Virus record (IMG/VR): IMGVR_UViG_3300042399_000080
Coordinates: 1-29,953 of that record
Origin: a virus
Taxonomy: Duplodnaviria > Caudoviricetes
Strand: one strand, 5' to 3'
Length of the DNA: 29,953 nt
The position numbers were made by a program, and so were the translations under genes. This document shows positions 1-8,224 of this stretch, one piece after another. The notes below the pieces were generated by a model. The model was not told the DNA's origin. It did no database searches and saw nothing but the letters and a program-made list of their open reading frames with translations. Each line of letters opens with the position of its first letter. The stretch's first letter is position 1.

Positions 1-167
1 CACCAACAGGTAAAAAGGAATTTGCCGTAAACCAACAGGAAAGCGAAGATGATTTACCTTTCTAAAACAACCCCTCGTTGGGCGATAACGTAAAGCGCAA
101 ATTTAAAACTTACAACTATGAGCCAAAACCAACAAATCGCAAACTACCTAAATAAAGGTAGAAAATT
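1..167. repeat. Left copy of imperfect 167-bp terminal direct repeat (circular/permuted assembly overlap)
   Basis: 1-167 matches 29787-29953 except at positions 59, 92, 109, 110, 165. Confidence 0.95.
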
Positions 168-312
168 AACCCCTATTGATGCTTTAAACAAGTTCGGATG
201 CTTTAGATTAGCAGCACGAATAGCAGACCTAAGAAATGATGGAATGAACATAAAAACAACCATTATTAAGCTAAAAAATAAAAAGCAAGTAGCACAATAT
301 TCGGTTAATTGA
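118..312 (+). CDS. Small winged helix-turn-helix DNA-binding protein
   Basis: 64 aa; LTPIDALNKFGCFRLAARIADLR resembles common phage HTH proteins; ACTATG start context. Confidence 0.75.
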   Translation: MSQNQQIANYLNKGRKLTPIDALNKFGCFRLAARIADLRNDGMNIKTTIIKLKNKKQVAQYSVN

Positions 313-313
313 T

Positions 314-321
314 TATATTTG
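314..321 (+). promoter_or_regulatory. Bacteroidota-type -7 promoter box (TATATTTG)
   Basis: Matches TAnnTTTG; intergenic, directly before a structured leader. Confidence 0.7.
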
Positions 322-324
322 CAA

Positions 325-414
325 TAGAATGTACGAGATTCTAATCTAAAACTTTTTGCCCAAGGAGGCGTTGGTACTCGTACTACCAGCAAATCTGCGG
401 GCTATTTTATTTTT
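325..414 (+). ncRNA. Putative structured leader RNA with kissing-loop hairpins and terminator-like U tract
   Basis: Hairpin TAGAAT-[GTACGAG]-ATTCTA (325-343); hairpin GTTGGTA-[CTCGTAC]-TACCAGC (370-390) inside GCCC/GGGC stem (358-361/399-402); T-rich tail. Confidence 0.65.
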
Positions 415-744
415 ATGACTTACTCAGAAAAGCTAAAAGACCCAAGATGGCAAAAAAAGCGTTTAGAGGTTATGCAACGAGATGATTTTAAATGTAAATT
501 ATGCAATGATAAATCAAATACATTGCACGTTCATCACAAATCTTATCAATTTGGTAAAGAACCTTGGGATTACGAATTAGATAATTTTGACACATTATGT
601 GTTCCTTGCCACGAATTAGAAGAATTTGCTAAAAGTAGACTAAATGAGTTTATTTATAAACTTGAAGTTTTAGGATATTATAAGCATCAAATAGTAAAAG
701 AATTTCACGCTAACGTTTACTTAAAACTTAAATCAAATGTCTAA
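415..744 (+). CDS. HNH endonuclease-like protein
   Basis: KLKDPRWQKKRLEVMQRDDFKCKLC...LHVHH...TLCVPCH: CxxC pairs with HNH-type His motifs. Confidence 0.8.
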   Translation: MTYSEKLKDPRWQKKRLEVMQRDDFKCKLCNDKSNTLHVHHKSYQFGKEPWDYELDNFDTLCVPCHELEEFAKSRLNEFIYKLEVLGYYKHQIVKEFHANVYLKLKSNV

Positions 745-1399
745 AGACCCAGCATTTTTATTTTATAGTAGTGATTTCCTAAATGGAGTATCTGATTTAA
801 CAATGGAAGAAAGAGGTCAATATATAACATTATTATGCCTACAACATCAAAAAGGTAGCTTAAGTGAAAAAACCATTAGGTTATCAGTAGGTTCAGTTTC
901 GGTTGATGTAATGAAGAAATTTGTTAAAGATGATGATGGGAATTATTATCAAGAAAGATTAAAAGAAGAAATACAAAAAAGAGCAAATTTTACTGAAAGC
1001 CGTAGAAACAATGGTTTTAAGGGTGGTAGACCTAAAGCTAATGAAAAACCTAATGGTTATCCTAAACATAACCTTATGGAAGATGTAAATGAAAATGAAG
1101 ATGTAAATGAAAATATAAATATAGATTTTGAATGGTTTTGGAATGATTATGATAAAAAGGTAGGGGATAAGCAAAAGTTAAAAAAGAAGTGGAATAAATT
1201 AACCGATATAGAAAGGCAAAATGCAATGAATTATATTGACCTTTACAAACAATCAGTACCAGACAAGCAATTCCGTAAAAACCCAGAAACCTTTTTAAAC
1301 AACAAATCTTGGAACGATGAAATCATTAACCGAAGTATTACCCCAATCCATAAACTCTCTTACACAGAGCGAGAAGCTATTGCATTTAGAAATCTATAA
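737..1399 (+). CDS. Replication initiator-like protein (DUF1376/YdaU-type N-terminus)
   Basis: PAFLFYSSDFL...LTMEERGQYITLL N-terminus; low-complexity linker; C-terminal FEWFWNDY...KNPETFLN..SWNDE typical of phage replisome organisers. Confidence 0.75.
   Translation: MSKDPAFLFYSSDFLNGVSDLTMEERGQYITLLCLQHQKGSLSEKTIRLSVGSVSVDVMKKFVKDDDGNYYQERLKEEIQKRANFTESRRNNGFKGGRPKANEKPNGYPKHNLMEDVNENEDVNENINIDFEWFWNDYDKKVGDKQKLKKKWNKLTDIERQNAMNYIDLYKQSVPDKQFRKNPETFLNNKSWNDEIINRSITPIHKLSYTEREAIAFRNL
1079..1114. repeat. Tandem 18-bp repeat x2 (GAAGATGTAAATGAAAAT)
   Basis: Exact copies at 1079-1096 and 1097-1114 in the initiator linker. Confidence 0.9.
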
Positions 1400-2051
1400 T
1401 AAATTAGAACCACAAGAACTAAAAGTTTATTTAGCATTAGAAACAATGAGTATTAGCAGATGCTCACCTATTGAAGTTAGAGAGCATTTAAAAACTTGTG
1501 TTGCTTTAAGCGGATGTCAAGTACCTACTATGGAAATATTTGAATTTTTGCTTCAATTTGTAATAAAGAACTATGGAAACTTTAAACTAAAGGAACTTGG
1601 AGTAGCTTTTGAACTTTACGCAATGGGGAAATTATCAGTTGACAAAGCGATTATGTTTACCCCTAAATTCTTTGGTGATGTGATGGCAGCTTATAAGCCG
1701 ATAGCTTTGCAAGTAAGACAAAAAACCTATGTAGAACCGCAACCAGTAGATATACCTAAAATCAATGATGATGAAATTATAGAAGCATTGTACGAAAATT
1801 GGAATAAGTCGGCTAAAAGAGGCTGGGAGTTGCTAAATACAATGGCTTTTGATGTACTATGGAAACGAAAGGAATTAAATAAGGAAAATCTAAGTCCAGA
1901 AAAAGCAGATCAAATAAAGAAAAAAATAATAGCTCATTACAAGGTAACTGCTAAAACACCTAAAGACTTAGAAAAATTAAATAATGAAATATTTATCAAA
2001 AACGAGTGCAAACGTTATACTTTGTACCTATTTTTACAAAACCAATTATGA
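1317..2051 (+). CDS. Hypothetical protein, position typical of a helicase loader/replication partner
   Basis: 244-aa ORF overlapping the initiator 3' end by 83 bp; function inferred from synteny only. Confidence 0.6.
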   Translation: MKSLTEVLPQSINSLTQSEKLLHLEIYNKLEPQELKVYLALETMSISRCSPIEVREHLKTCVALSGCQVPTMEIFEFLLQFVIKNYGNFKLKELGVAFELYAMGKLSVDKAIMFTPKFFGDVMAAYKPIALQVRQKTYVEPQPVDIPKINDDEIIEALYENWNKSAKRGWELLNTMAFDVLWKRKELNKENLSPEKADQIKKKIIAHYKVTAKTPKDLEKLNNEIFIKNECKRYTLYLFLQNQL

Positions 2052-2176
2052 AACAATTAACATTTATTTATGAATTAGCAAAGTTTATGCTGATATCAGT
2101 TCCTTTGGCATCTTTAATTTATATAACCGCACATCTATATTTTGAAATAAAAAGATTATGCTTAAAATATTTATAA
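2048..2176 (+). CDS. Small membrane protein (42 aa, not in ORF track)
   Basis: ATGA overlap with upstream stop; MKQLTFIYELAKFMLISVPLASLIYITAHLYFEIKRLCLKYL has one hydrophobic stretch. Confidence 0.55.
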   Translation: MKQLTFIYELAKFMLISVPLASLIYITAHLYFEIKRLCLKYL

Positions 2177-2232
2177 CCATAGCTATTTGGGAACTATTAA
2201 AACAACTTTATTACAAACTGATAAACCGATGA
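2158..2232 (+). CDS. Very small hydrophobic peptide (24 aa)
   Basis: MLKIFITIAIWELLKQLYYKLINR; stop overlaps next ATG (ATGA). Confidence 0.4.
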   Translation: MLKIFITIAIWELLKQLYYKLINR

Positions 2233-2426
2233 CAGGAATTGATAACAACATTGAAGTAAGATTGATTTACTTAGATACAAAAGAGGAGATAGAATTTAGA
2301 TCAATAGCAAAAGCAGTTAGGTTTTTACATACTGACTATAAAACGATTATGAACTATATGAACCCAATAAACAAAAAACGCTACAAGCACAATGACCGAC
2401 TTTGTGTTGTTAGATTGAAAAAGTAA
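2229..2426 (+). CDS. NUMOD1-like small DNA-binding protein
   Basis: EFRSIAKAVRFL motif; ATG at 2229 preferred over TTG at 2187 because it couples to the upstream stop. Confidence 0.55.
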   Translation: MTGIDNNIEVRLIYLDTKEEIEFRSIAKAVRFLHTDYKTIMNYMNPINKKRYKHNDRLCVVRLKK

Positions 2427-2429
2427 CCC

Positions 2430-2437
2430 TAATTTTG
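2430..2437 (+). promoter_or_regulatory. -7 promoter box (TAATTTTG), 4 nt before ATG
   Basis: TAnnTTTG match; TTG 20 nt upstream (2407-2409). Confidence 0.6.
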
Positions 2438-2441
2438 CTTT

Positions 2442-2801
2442 ATGCCATTGATACCTTTACCCAAGTTGTTAGAAAAGACCCAAAAGGTAGTTAATGCGTA
2501 TATAAGAAAACGAGATGAAGGATTGCCTTGTATTAGTTGCGGAAGCTACAATGGTAATCAAGCTGGACACTACTTTACTGTTAAAGGTTATTCGGCTTTA
2601 AGGTTTAACGAATGGAATATCCATTTACAATGTGCTGGATGCAATATGTTTAAACACGGCAACCAAGCAATGTACCGAATCGGACTTGTAGAAAGGATTG
2701 GTGAAAAAGCCGTTAAGGAGTTAGAGTTTGAGGCGGTTAACAATAGGCTTAAGAAATGGACAAGAACTGAATTAAACGATTTAATTGACAGATATAAGTA
2801 A
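2442..2801 (+). CDS. ninG: NinG/Rap-family recombination endonuclease
   Basis: YIRKRD..PCISCG...AGHY.......LRFNEWNIHLQCAGCN signature. Confidence 0.85.
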   Translation: MPLIPLPKLLEKTQKVVNAYIRKRDEGLPCISCGSYNGNQAGHYFTVKGYSALRFNEWNIHLQCAGCNMFKHGNQAMYRIGLVERIGEKAVKELEFEAVNNRLKKWTRTELNDLIDRYK

Positions 2802-2961
2802 CATATTTGAAACGTGCAAAGAGCAAGAAATAGCAGGTTATCCTTGCTATGTTTTTGACATTGATGGAACTACGCACTATGTATTTGGCGAAACACAAGA
2901 ACAAAGATTTGATTTTATGGCAGATTTAATAAATAAATATGGCGAAAGTAAGCAGCAATAA
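2785..2961 (+). CDS. Hypothetical protein (58 aa, TTG start)
   Basis: Open frame filling the gap after ninG: TDISNIFETCKEQEIAGYPCYVFDIDGTTHYVFGETQEQRFDF... Confidence 0.5.
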   Translation: MTDISNIFETCKEQEIAGYPCYVFDIDGTTHYVFGETQEQRFDFMADLINKYGESKQQ

Positions 2962-3058
2962 CAAAGTCAGCTTTGGCAAAAGAAAGTGTGGCAAGTACAA
3001 AAAGACATCTGGTCCAAAGGACAAACCAGTTAAACCTTACAATAAACAAGGTAGATAA
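2939..3058 (+). CDS. Small basic protein (39 aa) ending YNKQGR
   Basis: MAKVSSNNKVSFGKRKCGKYKKTSGPKDKPVKPYNKQGR; stop overlaps next ATG (TAATG). Confidence 0.6.
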   Translation: MAKVSSNNKVSFGKRKCGKYKKTSGPKDKPVKPYNKQGR

Positions 3059-3249
3059 TGAAAGACACATACGGAAAGAAACTATATACTTGTAAATGCG
3101 GTGCAATAACCGAAGGATATGTGTGGTTTGGTAAGATAAAAGAAACCCAATTTGAATGTACTAAATGTGGCAAATGGGTAGGTTATGACAATTTAGAGAA
3201 AAAAGTAGATAGTATTATTTCAATACGAACTCCAACAAAAAACCGATAA
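3058..3249 (+). CDS. Zinc-ribbon protein
   Basis: CKCG...CTKCG cysteine pairs. Confidence 0.65.
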   Translation: MKDTYGKKLYTCKCGAITEGYVWFGKIKETQFECTKCGKWVGYDNLEKKVDSIISIRTPTKNR

Positions 3250-3250
3250 T

Positions 3251-3349
3251 ATGATACAGTCTTTTTTATGGGCAGCAGGAATGATGGGTATAATTATTTT
3301 ATGCTTTGCTTTATTGTATGAAATTTATGACCAATTAAAAAACCGATAA
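3251..3349 (+). CDS. Small membrane peptide (32 aa)
   Basis: MIQSFLWAAGMMGIIILCFALLYEIYDQLKNR; flanked by 14-bp direct repeats; TAATG overlap with next gene. Confidence 0.5.
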   Translation: MIQSFLWAAGMMGIIILCFALLYEIYDQLKNR

Positions 3350-3873
3350 TGAACATCAACGAAATCAAACCGAACCCAAGCAATCCAAGAATTATTAAGG
3401 ATGAGAAGTTTAAGAAGCTGGTTAAGTCAATCCAAGACTTTCCACAAATGCTTGAACTTAGACCAATAGTGATAGATGAAAACAATATAGTATTAGGTGG
3501 CAATATGAGGCTAAAGGCTTGTATTGAAGCTGGACTTAAAGATGTACCTGTAAAACAAGCTAAAGACCTAACCGAAGAACAAAAGAAAGAGTTTATAGTT
3601 AAGGATAACGTAGGATACGGCGAATGGGATTGGGATGATCTTGCAAACAATTGGGATGAACAATTACTTACTGAATGGGGATTAGATATACCAAACTTTG
3701 ATTCTGGTGGATTTGCAGATCAAAATAAAGAATTAAGCCTTGATGATGTAAGTGATTCAATGACTATAACTTTAAAGTATACAGAAGATGAATATCATTT
3801 AGTAAAAGAACAATTACTTAAAATAGCAGCTACACCAGAACAAGCTATTTGGAAACTTTTAGGCAATGATTAA
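3349..3873 (+). CDS. ParB/Srx N-terminal-domain protein
   Basis: IKPNPSNPR...LVKSI...RPIVID....LGGNMRLKA motif; adjacent to methyltransferase. Confidence 0.85.
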   Translation: MNINEIKPNPSNPRIIKDEKFKKLVKSIQDFPQMLELRPIVIDENNIVLGGNMRLKACIEAGLKDVPVKQAKDLTEEQKKEFIVKDNVGYGEWDWDDLANNWDEQLLTEWGLDIPNFDSGGFADQNKELSLDDVSDSMTITLKYTEDEYHLVKEQLLKIAATPEQAIWKLLGND

Positions 3874-4927
3874 GTACGAATATAATGACCATAAATTCCC
3901 TTACAATTGGAATTTAAAAGATGGTTACCCTGCAAAAGGAATAGAAAAACATAATTTAAAGGTATTTGGCACATTTATTTGTGGTGGTGGCTCAACAATG
4001 GGGTATAAATTGGCTGGATATGACCATATTGGCGGAGTTGAAATTGACCCACAAGTAGCTGATATTTATAAAACAAACCACAATCCAAAGCATTTTTATA
4101 ATGAAGATATTAGGTTATTTAATCAAAGAACTGATCTACCGGAAGAACTTTATAACCTTGATTTATTAGATGGCAGTCCACCTTGTTCAAGTTTTTCAAT
4201 GTCAGGGAGTAGGGAAAAGGCTTGGGGTAAAGAAAAGCAATTTAAGGAAGGTCAAGCATTGCAAACATTGGATGATCTTGTATTTGAGTATTGTAATACC
4301 ATCATAAAATTACAACCAAAAGTATTTTTATTGGAAAATGTAAAAGGTATTATTTTGGGTAATGCTAAAGCATATGCCAAAAGGATTATTCAAACAATGG
4401 AAAATGCTGGGTATAATGTTCAAATATTCCTTTTAAATGGCGCTTCAATGGGTGTTCCTCAAAGGAGGGAAAGAGTATTTTTTATTGGTCATAAAAAAGA
4501 ATTAAACCTTAAACCATTGGTATTGGCTTTTAATGAAAAACCAATTACATATAAAAATTTTAAATCCAATATATATGGTACTGAATTGACCTTTGAAACA
4601 AGAAAAATATGGGAACATAGGCATATTGATGATACAAGTTTATCAGATATTCATATAAGGTTAAGTGGTAAAGCTAAAAGGTTTAATGCTGTATTTATTA
4701 AGGATGACAAAGTACCAAATACAATTGCAGCTGGTTCAGATTCAATTCCAATTAGATTTGATGTTCCACATAGGGTTACAATGGATGAATGCAAATTAAT
4801 TGGTTCATACCCAATGGATTATAATTTTAAGAAAATAGCACCCAATTACCTTATTGGAATGTCAGTACCACCATTGATGACAGCTCAAATTGCACATCAA
4901 ATTTGGTTGCAATGGTTTAAAGTATAA
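3866..4927 (+). CDS. DNA (cytosine-5)-methyltransferase
   Basis: Motif I FICGGG, motif IV GSPPCSSFS, motif VI ENVKG, motif VIII PQRRERVF, C-terminal IGMSVPP. Confidence 0.92.
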   Translation: MIKYEYNDHKFPYNWNLKDGYPAKGIEKHNLKVFGTFICGGGSTMGYKLAGYDHIGGVEIDPQVADIYKTNHNPKHFYNEDIRLFNQRTDLPEELYNLDLLDGSPPCSSFSMSGSREKAWGKEKQFKEGQALQTLDDLVFEYCNTIIKLQPKVFLLENVKGIILGNAKAYAKRIIQTMENAGYNVQIFLLNGASMGVPQRRERVFFIGHKKELNLKPLVLAFNEKPITYKNFKSNIYGTELTFETRKIWEHRHIDDTSLSDIHIRLSGKAKRFNAVFIKDDKVPNTIAAGSDSIPIRFDVPHRVTMDECKLIGSYPMDYNFKKIAPNYLIGMSVPPLMTAQIAHQIWLQWFKV

Positions 4928-4932
4928 CTTTG
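4902..4932 (+). promoter_or_regulatory. Bacteroidota-type promoter upstream of terminase genes
   Basis: TTTG (4902-4905), 19 nt, TAACTTTG (4925-4932): full -33/-7 consensus. Confidence 0.75.
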
Positions 4933-4956
4933 TAAATCAGTGAAAATTCAGTGAAT

Positions 4957-5304
4957 ATGGCAAATGAACAAAATTTAACTCCATTTCCAAAAGGTGTAAG
5001 CGGTAATCCTGCTGGTAAACCTAAAGGGGTACAACATAGTAAAACAAGGCTTTTACGCTTATTGGAGTTGGTTACTAAAGTACGCAACCCAGTAACAGGC
5101 GAAGATGAGGAGTTTACAATAGCCGAGCAATTAGATATGCAGATCATAGCAAAGGCTAGGAAGGGCGATTTAAAGGCTTACGAAATACTATTAGACCGAT
5201 TAGAAGGCAGACCTAAACAAACAACCGACATAACCGCTGACATAAAGGGTAATGTGCAAATCACAATAGAACCAGATGCAGATTGTCAACCAATTAAAGA
5301 TTAA
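4957..5304 (+). CDS. Terminase small subunit (putative)
   Basis: NLTPFPKGVSGNPAGKPKG N-terminus and KARKGDLKAYEILLDRLEGRP; directly upstream of TerL; ATG 4957 preferred to GTG 4951. Confidence 0.7.
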   Translation: MANEQNLTPFPKGVSGNPAGKPKGVQHSKTRLLRLLELVTKVRNPVTGEDEEFTIAEQLDMQIIAKARKGDLKAYEILLDRLEGRPKQTTDITADIKGNVQITIEPDADCQPIKD

Positions 5305-6442
5305 GGCTACTCCTGTCTTTTATGCTAATAAAAAGGCTTACGAGGAAGGTTATCCAATAATATGCAATGAGGGTGGGTCAAGATCAAGTAAAAGCTATTC
5401 AGTTGTTCAGTTGCTAATTCACATTGCTTTAACCAAGCCTAATACAAGAATTTCGTGCGTTTCTCATTCCCTACCACACATCAAGCGTGGTGTTTATAGG
5501 GATTTCAAAAACATACTTGAACAATGGGGTATATGGGATGAAAAAGATTTCCGCTACACCGATTTCATTTATACCTTTAAGAACGGCTCATACATTGAGT
5601 TATTTGGATTAGAAGACCCAGACAAAGCAAAAGGACCAGCAAGGGATATACTATTCGTAAACGAGGCAAACCTAATTAGTAAGGCTTTATTTGACCAGCT
5701 TTTAATTCGTACAACTGGACAATCATTTTTAGACTGGAATCCAGCCGACTTTATCTCTTGGGTGTATGAAGTAGCTGATAACCCAAAGAACAAACGCATC
5801 CATTCTACCTACCTAAACAACATCTCAAACCTTAGCGAAAGCCAAATAAGAAACATTGAGCAATATAAGGACTTGCCAGATGATTTTATGTGGAAAGTTT
5901 ACGGCTTAGGGGAACGAGGCTCTGCAAAAGAAATTATATACACTCAATGGAAACAATATGACCAAGCACCAGATGGGGATGTGTTTTATGGATTAGACTT
6001 TGGTTATGTCCATCCAGCTGCACTTATAAAGGTTACGCACTACGAAGGACAAAACTACTTTGAGGAAATAGTTTACCAAAGCGGATTAACTCTTAGCGAC
6101 CTATCAAGATTGATTAAAGAGAAGCTACCAGAGAGAGCAACAATCTATGCGGATGCAGCCGAGCCTAAGTCTATTGAGGAATTATACCGACAAGGATTTA
6201 ATATCAAACCAGCACAAAAGGATGTATGGGCAGGAATAGTAAAGATGAAGTCTTATCCAATAAACTTGCACTACAATAGCAAAAACCTAAGAAGGGAGTT
6301 TATGTCTTACAAATGGAAAAAGGATAAAAACGATAACGTAATAGAAGAACCTGTAAAGGCAAATGATGACTTGATGGATGCTTGTAGGTATGCCGTGTTT
6401 ACGCATTTAACCAAGCTAAAATTTGAGGTGTCGGTATTTTAG
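5276..6442 (+). CDS. terL: Terminase large subunit (PBSX-like)
   Basis: Walker A-like GGSRSSKS, Walker B-like ILFVNEA, nuclease GLDFG and DDLMDACRY. Confidence 0.93.
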   Translation: MQIVNQLKIKATPVFYANKKAYEEGYPIICNEGGSRSSKSYSVVQLLIHIALTKPNTRISCVSHSLPHIKRGVYRDFKNILEQWGIWDEKDFRYTDFIYTFKNGSYIELFGLEDPDKAKGPARDILFVNEANLISKALFDQLLIRTTGQSFLDWNPADFISWVYEVADNPKNKRIHSTYLNNISNLSESQIRNIEQYKDLPDDFMWKVYGLGERGSAKEIIYTQWKQYDQAPDGDVFYGLDFGYVHPAALIKVTHYEGQNYFEEIVYQSGLTLSDLSRLIKEKLPERATIYADAAEPKSIEELYRQGFNIKPAQKDVWAGIVKMKSYPINLHYNSKNLRREFMSYKWKKDKNDNVIEEPVKANDDLMDACRYAVFTHLTKLKFEVSVF

Positions 6443-6453
6443 GATAAATTGTC

Positions 6454-6461
6454 TAACTTTG
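6454..6461 (+). promoter_or_regulatory. -7 promoter box (TAACTTTG) before portal
   Basis: TAnnTTTG match in a short intergenic gap. Confidence 0.6.
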
Positions 6462-6477
6462 TTAAAATTCATATATA

Positions 6478-7857
6478 ATGGGATTACTTGACTTTTTTGG
6501 TAAAAGACAAAAACTATCTACTGTACTACCACAAATTCCTTTTAACGGACAAGTTGCAATACAACAAGGGATTATCACTTGGCAGGGTGGCGATAACATT
6601 AGTTTCGTTAATGATGGTTATTCGGCAAACGATATAGTTTATTCAATCGTTAAATTAATTGCGGACAAAGCAAAACTTGCTCCATTCCACGTTTACAAAG
6701 TAGTGGATGAAACATCTGCAAAGAAATATAAGGCGTTAATGAGCCAACCAGATAAGATTGAGAACTGGAAAGATGTAGAAAAGCTACATAAGAAAGCGTT
6801 TGAAATATATACAGGTGATGCACGATTAAACGAGTTATTAAAATATCCTAATGAGGAAGATACATTTGGCGATTTTGTTGAGGCTTGGTGTACTTTTAAA
6901 TTAGTTACAGGTAATTCTTTTGTTTACGCAAAGATGATTGAAGGTGGAAACAATGATGGTAAGCCGTATGAGTTGTACGTGCTTCCTTCACAGTATATGT
7001 ACGTGTTAGCTGACATTCAAAACTTCCCTCCAACGATTAGCGGTTACCAATTAAACTATGGTCCACTTTGGAACTTTACTAAACAAGAAGTATTACAAGA
7101 TAAATACATAAACTTACAATGGAATACAACTGGGAATCAACTATATGGTCAATCTCCTTTGATGGCTGCTGCGAGAAACTTGACTCGTTCAAACGAAGCC
7201 AAGACTGCGGCGGTTGCATCTTTCCAGAATGGTGGTCCAGCTGGAGTTCTTTTTATGAATGATGATAGGTTTGACCCTATTAGTGGAACACAACAAGCAC
7301 AAGCACTTAAGAGAGCAGTAAGCGAGAAAGGTGGCTCTGCTAACTTTAATTCTATTGCAGTAAGTGGTTATAAAGTAGATTGGAAACAAATTGGTTTAAG
7401 TCCTGTTGAATTAGATATCATAGAGAGTGAGAAGTGGGATATGAAAGCACTTTGTAACATTTACGGAGTACCATCTCAATTATTAAACGATGCTGATAAC
7501 AAGACTTACAACAACCAAAGAGAGGGCGAAAAAGCATTAACTGTTCGTTGTGCAATTCCTTTGTTAGTTGGTATTAGAGATAACTTAAATCGTAAACTAC
7601 ATTCTGATTGGGGATATCGTGGAACTGATATTTATGTTGACTTTGACCCAACTGTTTATGGTGAATTAGAAGCAAACAAAGCAGAACAAGTTGAATGGTT
7701 AGATAAGGCTTGGTGGATTGCACCAAAGCAAAAAATGGATATTATGGGATTAGAGATTCCACCTTACGTAGATCAAGCTGAAATGGAAAAATTATACATT
7801 CCATCAAGTTTACAAAGTCCAGATGAGTTTCAACCATTAACACTACCAAATGAATAG
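6478..7857 (+). CDS. Portal protein (HK97 family)
   Basis: GNSFVY, YGQSPL, FQNGGPAGVL, LCNIYGVPSQLL, TYNN motifs; follows TerL. Confidence 0.93.
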   Translation: MGLLDFFGKRQKLSTVLPQIPFNGQVAIQQGIITWQGGDNISFVNDGYSANDIVYSIVKLIADKAKLAPFHVYKVVDETSAKKYKALMSQPDKIENWKDVEKLHKKAFEIYTGDARLNELLKYPNEEDTFGDFVEAWCTFKLVTGNSFVYAKMIEGGNNDGKPYELYVLPSQYMYVLADIQNFPPTISGYQLNYGPLWNFTKQEVLQDKYINLQWNTTGNQLYGQSPLMAAARNLTRSNEAKTAAVASFQNGGPAGVLFMNDDRFDPISGTQQAQALKRAVSEKGGSANFNSIAVSGYKVDWKQIGLSPVELDIIESEKWDMKALCNIYGVPSQLLNDADNKTYNNQREGEKALTVRCAIPLLVGIRDNLNRKLHSDWGYRGTDIYVDFDPTVYGELEANKAEQVEWLDKAWWIAPKQKMDIMGLEIPPYVDQAEMEKLYIPSSLQSPDEFQPLTLPNE

Positions 7858-8224
7858 TCAAGAGATTATTGATAAGTTATTTGATTTAAAGGTTGACCTT
7901 AAAGCCGACCTTCAAGAAGTTATTGATGAAGTTTACGCAAAGTATCACGAAACTGTGAATATGTCTTACTCGGAGTTAAAGGCTTGGAGTGAAACTAAAT
8001 GCTCACGTTTAGCATCATTAGATAGAAGTCCAGTAAATAGGAACTTAAATCTATTGAGCAAGAAAAAAGCGGATTGGGGTGCAAATGAAGTTAAGTCGGC
8101 AAACAGAACGATTAGCTTTGTTAGTAGAATGAAAAATATGGAGCAAGGCAAACCTGTAAACAAAGAGTGTCCATCTAAAAGGGATATTTCCTTAAAGAAT
8201 TGGGCATACAATCCTAACAAATGA
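7850..8224 (+). CDS. DUF3140-like protein
   Basis: VNMSYSELKAW...LSKKKADW...SLKNWAYNP resembles the DUF3140 pattern VNMT..EL..W...SLMNWGHDP (by eye). Confidence 0.55.
   Translation: MNSQEIIDKLFDLKVDLKADLQEVIDEVYAKYHETVNMSYSELKAWSETKCSRLASLDRSPVNRNLNLLSKKKADWGANEVKSANRTISFVSRMKNMEQGKPVNKECPSKRDISLKNWAYNPNK

Noticed and set aside
66-100. Small GC-rich hairpin or pseudoknot (CGTT/AACG, GCG/CGC) before the HTH gene
   Set aside because: Stems of 3-5 bp are too short to separate from chance without comparative data.
3349-3873. ParB as evidence of a plasmid-prophage partition system
   Set aside because: Only the N-terminal ParB/Srx domain, no ParA, and the position beside an MTase and terS is common in phages.
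4937-4955. TCAGTGAA x2 upstream of terS as a pac site
   Set aside because: An 8-bp repeat with no independent support; pac sites cannot be called from sequence alone.
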